NCBI GenBank assembly: GCA_051362555.1
Contig: CM120640.1
Location: forward strand, 2,046,001-2,110,000
DNA from: Lingula anatina
Lineage: Eukaryota; Animalia; Brachiopoda
Direction: 5' to 3'
Length of the DNA stretch: 64,000 nt
Positions 39,164 through 51,064 of this stretch are shown here, piece after piece; positions within the stretch are counted from its first letter, which is position 1; the number at the start of each line of letters is the position of its first letter. The position numbers were made by a program, and so were the translations under genes. The notes below the pieces were generated by a model. That model did not search any database and had not been told where the DNA came from. It saw only the letters and a program-made list of their open reading frames with translations.

Positions 39164-39912
39164 CTCTTACGTTGACGAAGACGAAAATTTGAAAATGTAA
39201 TTTCCACATTGGAGAACCCAAAGGGTAGTCAATCACTTAAAACGACAATGCTTCAATGCACACATCTTTATTTTTCCATATTAAATTAAAAATCTGTTAA
39301 AATGACTTCATTTCTGAAAGACTGTACTATAGACAAAGTCAAATATATTATAAAAAGTGTCAGATCGCTCATTTTCAGAATTCTGTAACATTCTTTAAAA
39401 ACTGATTGAAATATTGATTAGGGTCAGAAGATTCGCATTCTGTGGTCTTATTACCAGTCTGTATCATATTCTAGCCCAGTCAATTTTGTAATAACTGTCA
39501 GCGATCAGTCACGTAGATTCAAGGGCAACCTATGAGTAGGTTACGTTGGAAACCCACAGTTCTCGTGGCTGTTCAGTTGTCACGTTGTTGTCAACGAGGC
39601 GATTTGGTCTTGTTGTCTTGTATCACCGTTGTGACATCCAGTTCTATGTGACAGTGGTGAAGAAGTCTACCCCACAGTGGACATAGGTCCAGTCCTCTCC
39701 AAGGTTTGCATGGTGTCGCCATGATGGTCACTAGGGCACGTGGCGAAGGGCTTCTCGAGAACCCCAGAGTTTTGCCTCGTCCACGGGGTCTTAACTCTTA
39801 ACGGCCTCCGAAGCCATGCTCTAGGCTGGAGTTAAAGCCGGGCACACAAATGACCATATTAATACGTCACAGGGGACGCAGAGGTGAAACGATGACGATG
39901 TCACCTTTCACT

Positions 39913-42897
39913 TCACTTTGGTAGTTCGATAATTGGCTTCGGTAGGATTTGTTCACTTGCTCGGTAGAACTCTAGAACTTCCTGGTCTGAAGTACTTTCT
40001 TGTTGTTTTGGAAACTGAAAGTAGAAAGAATATTGACATGAAATCCAAGTTGTTAAGTGGTGTTTTTCAATCCAAATTCGGTTGTTATCATGAAGGATTT
40101 TTAACCTAGCTGTAAAGGTAAGAAACTTTTACGGTGAGCTGAGGAGTCAAAAGCAACCCCTGACAACAATAATGTGGTTACTTCAAGTCATCAGTTTTAT
40201 CTAAAATAATATAATTAAACCTATCTTTTCTAACCCTGAAGATATATATCCAATAAGTTTGACATTGAAAAATTTGCAAACACGTGGCATTGAAACCAAA
40301 AAAATGCGATTGCTTTTCTTGTAAAAAATACACAAGGAAGTCGCACCAATGCCATATTACAATGAATAACAGCCAGAAATATCCCGTCGCACGACCCGAC
40401 TTAACCCTGAAAAAACTGAGCTTAATGCATTAAATGTATACCTGGATCAAAACGCAGTCCACGTCCCTGGCCCCGGGTCTGTGACCATTTGCTTCATCGT
40501 TGTCATTTGCTGGCAAGTTGTCATCATAGACCAACTTCTTCAGTTTTGATGCCGAGTCGACCTAAAGAAAACAAAAAAGCGTGGGACCGTGAGCAAGGCA
40601 CTTTGCTTGTAAACATGTTTTTAACGAAATGGCAAATATCAAATGATCGAGCTTCATAGAATGAATACATAAACAGTTAAACTGATTAATTAATGGCGAC
40701 TTGTTTATTTCGACAAAGCATAGGACATATCCTGTATAAGACACCTCTGTTTGCACATTTTTTGGATATGTCAACACATTTCACTTCCCGGTTTAAAATT
40801 TCTACCAGGAATCCCGGATGCGAAAGAGTAAAACTTGAACACAAGAACTAATGAGAATGGCCTTGGCACAGACACGGCACCCGCGTAGATTAAACACAAA
40901 CTCTCACCCAATTTCTGACTAGCATCATATGATAATGCCCGTAATATCTCATCGAATTCCGTCACGGACGGCTCCAATATAAATTAACCCCCTTAGAATC
41001 ATGTGCAACATGCAGAGTACAGGCCATAGTGACAAAGACTATAACGAATTCCAGAGGAGAAAAATTTCACGAATATCTCCATGGGTTCACAGGCAAAATC
41101 CCAGCAGACATGTCCTATTAACAACAACAAACTCCGAAAACATGTATCAGTGATCGATTAAGTTCAGACTACCCGCCGGCGAGGACACGGCTTGTCGGGA
41201 CGTGTTTCTTAAATAAAATAAATAAACAAATAAATAAATAAAACTTCACTCAGGACAAGCAATCTATTGTGTAACTTTTACCTCAAATACCAAGACATTT
41301 GATAGGAAAGAAGTTCACCACCTAGCCGTACCGGGGCATTTATCGACTTAATAACCAGTAAACATATGTATCCTTGAAATATCCTCAGCTTTAAGGTAAT
41401 AGCTAAAGGTAATACCAAAAATAAACTTTTCATTCAAGACAAAGAAATGCCACCTTGTCAGTGTCCAGAAGTTTGGGGTAATGGCAAAAATAAACGTATT
41501 ATCTAACACAATGAACTGGGACACGACCTTAAAAACTGGTAATCAACCCGTGTTAAGCCGGTAAGACCTGGCACGCCGGAACAACCCCTTTACCGGGTCG
41601 CAGACACAAAGAGATCCATCCAGGCACCGGGGGTCGTTTTGGGTTTGTATTAGAGCACAGACCATTTGACCACAACAATGATTGAAAACGTCACACAATA
41701 AGATATGGTGGTCAGATCTCTGTCTCTGACCAGCTCCGCCTAATCATCTCCCTTGATAACAATACCGCCGGACATGCCAGCTGATCGATTAAGCCCTGAT
41801 CTCTTTGTTTGACCAGTACCCATACGACCACGTTGAACTAAGCCGGCGCGTGCCTCCTGTTTGCTTTGTGCCACTACTACCATTGTGTGGACCCGATCAC
41901 CTGCCGGTCTTTGTTCTCAGAAGTGTGACCAACGTATACCTCCTGTCAAAAATCGGATCCCAAATGCCCAAGGATAATAAAATCATGATACCAAACTACA
42001 ATAGCTGGCACCCCTCGCAACGCAGCTGTTTGCACCTCTCTACCATTGTCTACCTGAACCATATGTCTGGGTTACAGGACTCTTAAGGCACGCAAAGAAT
42101 GTCGGAATCGCTTTATCTAAGTGAGATAAAATTCAAGAGCATGTGAGGTATTATTATCTTAAATATCTTACCTTAATTATCTTGATGTCGTTTTCCCAGC
42201 AAAATGCCTCTAATAGCGTGAAATGAATGTGGAGTTCTAGGTCTTGTGAGGTGTCTGCTGCCAATATGCACACCATCACGTCATCAGGGTCGCTGCAACA
42301 AGCATTATCAGTCGTTAGAACACTAATTTTTAACTAAATTTAGAATAAACATGGTCTGCGAAATAATTTCAACCATTTAATGTCCTCGTGACATCAGCCA
42401 TAATGCAGGCGTGGGGTCGTGTAAATCTATGACATCGATAATTTGTATCTGCAACAAAAGTGCATCACTAAAACATGTCGTGGTTTTAACACCATTTATT
42501 CACATTTTATCCAGGAATCAAAACTTACTTTTCTAGCACCCTTGCCGCCTGGTAAACGCCGCAGGTAATGCGACCCTCTCTCCTCGCCTCCACCACACTC
42601 TGCTGCAGTGAGGTGCAAATGTCCTGGGAACTCGGTGACGAGATAAGAGTGCTGTAAATTAGACAAAAAATATATTTAGCCATAAAAAAAAGAACTGTTG
42701 GTAAATTCCCTTAAAGCGAAACTACACTGTACGGAAAAAAGCGCTCATATGGCCGACACTTTGCGATCAGCTGATCTAACAAAGCGCTCTCCACGGTAAT
42801 ACACCTACCTGCTAACACCGTCGTTTAATGTCATCTCATTGTTGTTATTGTTCATCTGAACATAGGAAACACTTCCCAATGACTCTGGGTAGCCCAT
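39913..42897 (-). CDS. GADD45: GADD45 family protein, copy D (184 aa, 5 exons)
   Basis: Exons 42897-42809, 42651-42529, 42292-42172, 40561-40442, 40014-39913. Protein MGYPESLGSVSYVQMNNNNNEMTL..GRITCGVYQAARVLE..IHFTLLEAFCWENDIKIIKVD..DCVLIQ..PKPIIELPK*. Confidence 0.93.
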
Positions 42898-42987
42898 TAT
42901 GAAATCGTGTCAAATATATCCTTATTGTAACGCGTAAAATTCCACTTGCGCTGTGCGCTGTAACGCTGTCTGCTCGCTTACTGAGTT

Positions 42988-43047
42988 GAAAATGAGTTCA
43001 CCTCATTCGCCGCCTGTATATATAACAGCAGGTCACGTGGTCAGGTG
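42988..43047 (-). promoter_or_regulatory. GADD45-D core promoter
   Basis: TGACCACGTGACC (CACGTG 43034-43039), a TATATATA box, ..GGTGAACTCATTTT. Confidence 0.65.
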
Positions 43048-45764
43048 TTTTTATGTTATGCAGATGCACTGCGTTCACGACCTGACTTCTCCGAACTCGA
43101 ACTAGGATAGACAATATTGTACCGTGCCAGGACTTGGCTAAGAACTATCGGGTTATACTTTTCAGTAAATAATTACGTTTTAATGGTTCACTGAGAGCAT
43201 AAATACCCTCTTTAAGGTAAAATGTCTGAACAAGGACACATCCTCTATGAGAGGCCAATTTGTTACCTGTTTATTTAAAGGAGTAAAGGATAGCCTATGG
43301 TCAGGTTACGTAAGCCATATATACAATTAGACCCATGGGCTTCCATTTTATCATGTTAGTAGTGTCTGAAAAACATTTTCATAAAGCAATATAAAAAATG
43401 CAACTATTTAGGGACGTTCCTATGCGCTGTAGATAATCCTTGTTTAACATTAACATTAACATTAACCGGTTTTCTTAAGGGGTGGCCAAATATATGCCAC
43501 TTACAATTTGGAAATGAACTAGATTACGCACCAGCCGTGTTTTTTGTTTTTGTTTTTGTTTTTTTTTTCATTTTCTATTTTCCTTTTTTTTCACTGATCT
43601 ATAACTATTGTTATATAATATTAGCCTATTACTTTGGTTTCTTCCCTGATGTGATAACAGTTAACTTTTTATTATGGTAAAGTATATATATAGTTCAGCC
43701 GGTAGTTTAGTGAGACGTGGAAGTACATGTGGCCCAGCAATTTGGAAAGTCCCTATCGCAATATTCGGTAATTTTGCGACCATATCTTTACTCATATGCC
43801 TGACTCCTCACGTGGAAAGCACGAGATATCACGAGATAGACCTCGGGACGTACGACATGTGACTCAGTGATGAGGGGAATCCCAGAGGAATATACCAGAC
43901 GCGGTTATCTATAGTTCATTAAAGTCTGTTCGAACAAGGGCCTGGGTAAATACCAGGTCGGTATGAGGGATTTTTATGAAAAGATCCCACCTGGCCAGGA
44001 TCATATTTCCGTATATATTACTTTTTGAGTCTGAAAGTTTTTTTTTTATTATTTATTTATTATTTATTTATTATTTATTTATTTATTTATTTATTTTTTT
44101 TTGGGGGGGGGGGGGAGGGGGTCCAGTAGTGAAACATTGAACCTTGGACATAAAAAGTATTATGTCCAAGATTAAACTGACGGATTGGAAGTGGCACCAA
44201 TAAGTGTACTCGTTAGCCCAACCTCCACGAAACTCTGTGTAGGCTTCAACAAAAAATCGCCCTTAAAAGATAACTTTTGCCTGCACTCACTTTCTGACTG
44301 CGTCTTAATTATAGCGTGTCTTTGTGCAGTTTTAGTTGAGACTTGCGGGAAGGGCAGGAAATGTTGCGGTGAGACTGTCAAGTTAGATCAAGGACCAAGT
44401 CCCCAAAGGACGGCTTACACCCTGCCAGTCAGTGCAACCCTGTTATGTCACCGACACCGTGCTCTGATTTTGCCAGGAAGTTGTTATTTTTAATCCAAGA
44501 GCCAATATACGGTGGGACGTATGCCAAAGGTATCGATTCGGGTGCTTCACGGTGCAGCTATAATAAAGGGAGCGCCGCCAACGCACTCTCTCAAAGGGGC
44601 ACATAGCAAATCTCTTTGTTAAAACCGTGTACCTTTCTACTTTACCCAGTCAATCAATTAACTTTTATGAATGTATTCATCCAGCGCAATATTTCCGCTC
44701 TCAGTTTTGAATACATATTCAAAAAGTTAAAATATGTCTTGTAAATGTACAGATAAACTTGTCCAGAACGGTGCCGTCTTATTGTGCATGCATTTCCCCC
44801 GGTGTCATGTAGTACAAAGTGTGTTTTAGTGCAAAGCACAACAAATACCATATAATGCCTATTTACTCGGTGCAAGTCAGAGTACACGTTAAAAACCTAT
44901 GGAAGAGATCCAGATCAGATAGAAGGAAACGATTATTTTACGTCAGCCTAATATTATGATAGTTTTCTTCGTCGCTTTGACCGCGGACGGGCATCAGAAG
45001 TGTAGCAGCAAAGATTGCTATCATGCCGTTTGCTACACAGCCGTGAAGTAGCGCGTGGAAATTACGGTGGCGCTTACGCACGGATACTGTTATCTGTTAT
45101 ACTATGGACAGTACTGTAAGAGACGTCAAAAATTAATCTTATAACCCGGCTATATTATGTAATGACCTCGGACGTCTTTCAATCCATCATTTCCTTGTAG
45201 AGCAGCCACAAGTAGCTACGATGACATTAATCTGTTGTCTGTCTTCCTTACTGAAGTGATACAGCTGGGCATTGACCCTGTAGCCGCCCCCTCCCCCCTT
45301 CACTCAATTTTTCCAAAACAGAAAGGCGGATTCGACTATAATTCATTACAGAAAATCAGAATAAAAAATTAAAGGCCCTCAGAGACATTCAATATGTACT
45401 TAATACTGCAGAATTCCGAATTTGACAGTGGGCGTGCACCTGATCCCTGTGAGACGCGTAACAGGTGCTTTTTATACATATATCGGATATATGTCACGAA
45501 AAGCCCAGGCACACTTCACGATTCGTTCTTTCTTTCAGGCAAACGTATGACCTGTAGATGTCGGATTAAGTGCACTGAAATGAGTACATTTCGCAATTAA
45601 TGTTACCACTAATCAGAGTACAGCTAATATGTTCCCATTATCTTAGATAGGAATGTGCATTTACCTGTATACCTCGTCAGTCACTTTATCGGTCAATGGA
45701 TCGATCTCTCTATCTAATTATCTGTCCACCAAATCGTCCAACCCTTACGTGTATAATTTATTTG

Positions 45765-45940
45765 TTTATTTTATCGGAAAATGTTTTTGCTGTTGCAAGT
45801 ACCGTCATGGATATCAGCGCGTGAGGTATTGTTACCGCTACATAACCACTCTATTTATTTCATCTGGAAATGTTTTTGTTGTTGCAACAACCGCATGGAT
45901 ATTAGCGCGTGAGGTATTGTTACCGTTATGTCACCACTCT
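45765..45940. repeat. Tandem duplication, ~88-bp unit x2
   Basis: ..AAATGTTTTTGYTGTTGCAA..CATGGATATYAGCGCGTGAGGTATTGTTACCG..ACCACTCT occurs twice. Confidence 0.8.
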
Positions 45941-47313
45941 GCAGTAGGAAATTGGAGGGGTTTCTTCAAATAAGAATCACGGCACTTCGCTTAAGCATAC
46001 GTTTTTAAAACGTGTATTTTAACAATGTATGTTACATTCCAAACGATGTGTTGTAGACATGCTCTTGGGTTAAGCACAGAGATATATGGTGACAGGCTTA
46101 TAGAATAAGTTATTTTGTAGGAAGACTGTCTTACATTGAGAAGCTTACATTGCACGCAATTTGGGGAAATCACACTCCCACGGTCATGAAATCTTATTAC
46201 GCCATGATATATTGTTAGGTTTCTATTTTTCTGTGCGTATTTGTAAAAAATACGTGCCAGATATTCAAATATTTTCAAAAAATGAGTATTAATAAATAAA
46301 TAATAAATTATTTCTGCTAAGTTTTTATCATAAAAAAGTTTGCCCTTGGCTCCGGTGCAAAGTGCCAAATGGCAGGTAATAACCTTAAAACATGATATTC
46401 ATTACACTTAAGTTGGCTATTTAATTGTTTGATAGAAGGGAATGAAAGTGAAACCACTCTTGTGTTGTACGTTTCAAGGGTGGAATAAGCGCAAGTATGA
46501 TTACTCAGCGTAAAGTGCGCGGCGTGGTTGTAGTGGGAACAGTGAATCATCCACCACCGCGCAATGTCGTTCACTTGGCACTTTTGCTCTTCTTTGTCTG
46601 TGAGAAGAAAGGCCCAGCAGTTCCCGTGAGACGAGGGCGGAGGTGTAACCGCATTGCTTTAAATATTTGATAAGCAAGGCTAATTGACAAAGTGGACCTG
46701 GGCGAGCACACCCGATATACAAGCTAAGACCCACGAATGCTGTTTGATGGGGTTCAAGATACAAGGGAGTGAAGTAGAAATTGTTGTTGGTCACGAGGGA
46801 GAGCAGAGGACCCTGGACCGACGCTGACATAGATAAAAGACGCTCTGGTGCTCACCTGTGTGTTCGTAGGGGAATTCAAGTGAATAGGGTTAAGAACTCG
46901 CGGTGAATCAGACGCGCAGGTGTGCAGTGATTAAAAGATTAAGAGGCGCGCATCTCTCTGTCTTGTCAGCCTTCGTTGACTTTAACGCTATATGTTTTTT
47001 TTTCACGAATGGCTGGTTAACAGTGTTAATATCACCCATATTCCTCCTCAATGTCGTTGAATCAGTCATCGTTTAGTTTTATCGCAAACAACCCACCTCG
47101 CAGCGTAGGCGTATGAATGTTAACAGTACACTCTGCATAAACATCATAGCTTCAAGAACAAAGTGCTCCGAATCACTGTCAGTTATTTTTGTTGATGCAA
47201 ACCAACGCGGTCTTTGCACCTACGCGACAACATTATTCGTGTCTTTCGTGTACTGTTACTTCACCTCAAGTCGACTCCGTTACCGCGGCTACGTGATACC
47301 AGCATCGTTATTA

Positions 47314-47939
47314 GAGAGTTTTGGCAAGGCCTTCCGTACGACGTATAACGTGCGACGTCATCACTTTGTGCGTAGTTTTTCTCAAGGACAAGTCATAAGT
47401 CATACGGCACTACGTATGAATCGGTGTTTACACGTAGGTAAGAAACGTATCGAATTTAATAGATTTACGCTTATTTCTTTCAAGTTTAACATACTGCAGA
47501 GGAATATGTAGGGTGTTAAGATTCCACTGAATCACTTTTAGACGCTGTCGGTAAAAATATTCTGTGAAAACAGCTGGAAAAACAGCCAGTCAATCAGTCG
47601 TCCGTAGTAGTATCAAATTCGATTTAAGTTGATTTTTTTTTTCATAAACAACAGGATCTGCGGCATCAATTGACGTAAATAACACATTCCATTCAACATC
47701 TTAATTATTCATCTATCTAAAAAAAATCCACAAGCAGCCCCATGTTCGTGTAATCCATATATATATAGGCCTATACCCTTATCATTTTATTTCTTTGAAA
47801 TAGCGGCTCCTGGCGGAAAAAAAAAACGCATACGGAGTGAGACCTGCCAAAACCACTGCTAGCTTTCTCGCGTACGTAAAACGTATTACGTATTGAACTA
47901 TACGTTACACGTCATACGGAAGGCCTTGCCAAAACTCTC
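47314..47939. mobile_element. Non-autonomous DNA transposon, TA-flanked
   Basis: ~37-bp TIR GAGAGTTTTGGCAAGGCCTTCCGTAYGACGTRTAACGT at both ends. TA at 47312-47313 and 47940-47941. No transposase ORF. Confidence 0.8.
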
Positions 47940-49029
47940 TATTTTTATAACGCACGTTGTCAGAGCTGTGTCGATTAAGCCAAGTCCAAACCATCATTCT
48001 TGGCATATCACGGTTTCTCACGGCTGTTTGTTGTTGTGGTTAAGGGACCCATCACGGTGACATTTCTCACTGGGTTCATAGTATTTCTCACAGCCTCCCA
48101 GTCTCTTCGGGACACCAGCACATGAAATTCTATCACACAATACATGTGCAAGGACAATTTTACTAAAAAAAGGAAAGAAAACAAAAGAAATAAAGATTTA
48201 AAGCTCTTTGCACTACCCCAGGTAATGCATTTTTTTCGTTTCAGTCAATTTCCTCCTTCCACTTATAGCCTCTCCTGCTTTCCAGGAAACTCGTTGAGAA
48301 CTACCTGGAAACAGGCCTCCAGGAATTATTGGAATACACTTGACTTCAGAACTGATCAACTGCGGTGCGGACCCCTGATAAGTGAGGTGAATTGTTCTCA
48401 TTAACTCTCCGTATTATAGTTCCGTTTTTTTTTTTTTTTTCGGTTAAAGGTGAACGTAGAGTATATCTCCATGTATGTTCACTTCTACGTGTATATGTTT
48501 ATTTTATCACTAATTCTCATTTATCATTACTATTACTTTTATCTTTTCTATTATTTATTTTGTTTAGTTAGGACCTCCCACTGCACGCAGTTGCCATAAT
48601 GTTCTGTGCATTCTGTGACAAAAGACCAAATTAACGAAAATTAATTTAAAAAACGTGTCCCAGGTAACAAGTTCACGTCCTGCCCTTCCTTTACATGCAC
48701 TCTACTACTGCTGATGTTTAATTCATGGAGCTTTTGCTACTTAACTGGATATATTATGACAGTAAATCATGCATGGTGTTAAGTGAACGTAAACCATCAC
48801 TATAGGTCAATGTCTTTCTAACGTAATTCTGGGAACTGGGTCTCTGGCGGTCTATCCCTGAGGGTTGATGAGTGCTCGGGAAGCATCATCATGAAGTCTA
48901 AGGTACACGAGAGGCCTTCCTCGCACTTGTGCCTGCATTGATGTAGGCCTTAATGTAAATAAAGACAATGGGAGCGTTCAGATGAAACCCTCGTACTAGC
49001 TGGATTGATCCAACTCTGCGGGAGATTTA

Positions 49030-49255
49030 CACCCCATTTCCATAGATTTTTAGATCGATCTATCCCTGTGGGGAGTCTCACTAGATTACCGTCAGCTTGG
49101 TCGGCTTAAGCGTCTGTCCTGCCTACTAAAAGCTGTAAGGGGGTAATTAACTATGGTGCCCGCTCGGCTGAGTGCAATTTAGCGTGAACCCCCAGGGAGT
49201 TAGGTCGATCTAAATCTTAATCTTTAGATCGATCTAAATCTCTGGGAAAGCACCC
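49030..49255 (+). mobile_element. Harbinger MITE, family 1 copy 2 (nested)
   Basis: Closely similar to 687-911. Perfect TTA TSD (49027-49029, 49256-49258). Confidence 0.85.
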
Positions 49256-49469
49256 TTACCCTACGTGCAATCACAGCTTAAATGTCTGACGACTTAAATG
49301 TGTGAAACACCTCCCCGAACTGATAGCAGGGGGTAATTAAGCCGCGAGCAGTTAATTACCCCCTAGCTACTCAAGGTGACGCGTTAGACAATTAAGCTGA
49401 TTACACTGAATTCAATATAGTGAGAATGTTTCTACAAAGTTGGATCAATCCAGCTTGTACGATGTTTAA

Positions 49470-49740
49470 GAATCTATTCCCATAGACACACCACCAGCCT
49501 ACGTGGATGGACCCAACTCCGCGGGGTCCCCTGCTAAGTGCAATCAGCTTAACTGAATGAGACACCTCCTCTTGTTTCCACCGTGTTCGTATAATCACCG
49601 GCTTTTCTGTACTCTACTTAACGCCAGGTAGTCTAAGGAGAAGACGCGTTGATCTGTTAAGCTGATGGGACTTATAGTAAAGAGATTCCCTGCAGAGTTG
49701 GGCGATCAACGTAGGCCGATGTCTCTATAGGAAAGGTCTC
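49470..49740. mobile_element. Harbinger-like MITE nested in the host right TIR
   Basis: Imperfect TIR ..TTCCYATAGASAC..CCTACGTKGAT..CCCAACTCYGCRGG. TAA TSD (49467-49469, 49741-49743). Confidence 0.7.
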
Positions 49741-50003
49741 TAAATCTGAACGATGTCAATGTGCATTTATTCGGTTTTTAGACACTATTATGAATTCGCT
49801 CATATATCAGTCCTTTGACTTAATACGACATACATTGTGTTCTGTCATTACGTACGAAGTTCAGTCAGTCGGTTCAGTTCCCTCAGTTCAGTAACGTTAC
49901 AGTCGATGTTTTGCCTGTGATTAGCATGAGAACCGAGCTAAATCTCAGAGAATATCGGGTTGTAGGAAAGATGTAGAAACAGACCGTGGTTAACCGTATA
50001 TCC

Positions 50004-50042
<39 letters not shown>

Positions 50043-51064
50043 ATCACTATAAGACCCTGAGCCGAAATGACTTGGTAAAAAATATAAAATTTGAAACCAG
50101 TCCGAAATGTTCAACTCATGTCTCCTCCTAGTTATAAATCAAACCGTTTGATATTTAATGTGAGAATAGTTTCGGTTATTTATTTATTTTTTTATATATT
50201 TAGTTATCATTTTACAAGATCGAAAATTTGTTTTACCCGCTGGAGCTTTTTGAATCTATTATTAAAACTGTAATTACTACAGCCGTTCGTTTTTGTAGGA
50301 TCTCCATCTTCAGTTGACTTTTATAAAGACAGCGTTATATTTTTTAAAATGTCAAAACACAAAGAATAATTATGTCCAATATTTCTCTTTATTAAATCTT
50401 TTATGCGTACCTGCACAATAATAATATTACTCTTGTAATGGATAGTGACGTTATGCGGATGACAAACACACGGAGTTTACAATAAATATATTACAATACT
50501 TAAATAGTTCTGTAATGGGCATGATATCTCTTTAAATAAAGTGGCACTGTGTCAGTGCTCATAAATAAACCGCGGCCTGCCGCGTAGCACGATTGCTGTA
50601 TTACATACGGCGTTGGAAATAAATATTAACATCACAACGATCTCACTAAATCAGCTGTAATACAAATTAATATTTACATAATGTCATATTCTCAGAGGTT
50701 GTCTCATTAAGTGGAATTGTTTCAAATGTTTTCCCCAAATGTCAAAGAACCACGCTCGGTTGAAGTCTTTGCTAGGGACTTCGTCATCATAAGGCTGTTT
50801 ATTCAGTTCTTTAATTAGTACCGTTGGGTTGTTAATTGGGCTTGCAACATCTGATCATCAGAAGATACTGTCCATTGAGACTGTGGATGGTATTGGGCAG
50901 AGGTTTTCTTGTTCGGCACGACGCCATTGATACCTATGGCGCCTCCAGCGTCAAACTAATGAAATAAGTCCTCCTATAGGCCGAGGGACCAAACGCGCGT
51001 GAAAGATATGAAATCTGCACGGCTATGGAGCGCTGTGTTAAGGGTTGAAGTTTGTGACATTATT

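Larger units (their letters stand above)
48970..49757. mobile_element. Harbinger-like MITE host carrying two nested MITE insertions
   Basis: TIR TCGTACTAGCTGGATTGATCCAACT (48991-49015) matches 49438-49462 with 1 mismatch. Outer CGTTCAGAT / ATCTGAACG. AAT TSD at 48967-48969 and 49758-49760. Inserts at 49030-49255 and 49470-49740. Confidence 0.75.

Noticed and set aside
43100-48900. Possible sixth or pseudogenised GADD45 in the long D-E spacer; ORFs 44185..44493, 46501..46830, 47113..47511
   Set aside because: No GVY, IHFTL or WENDI-like segments were found by eye, and the ORFs lack recognisable domains or overlap repeats.
50544-50558. GCACTG-TGT-CAGTGC tri-loop hairpin as a Roquin CDE in the copy E UTR
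   Set aside because: On the mRNA (minus) strand the loop reads ACA, not Py-Pu-Py.
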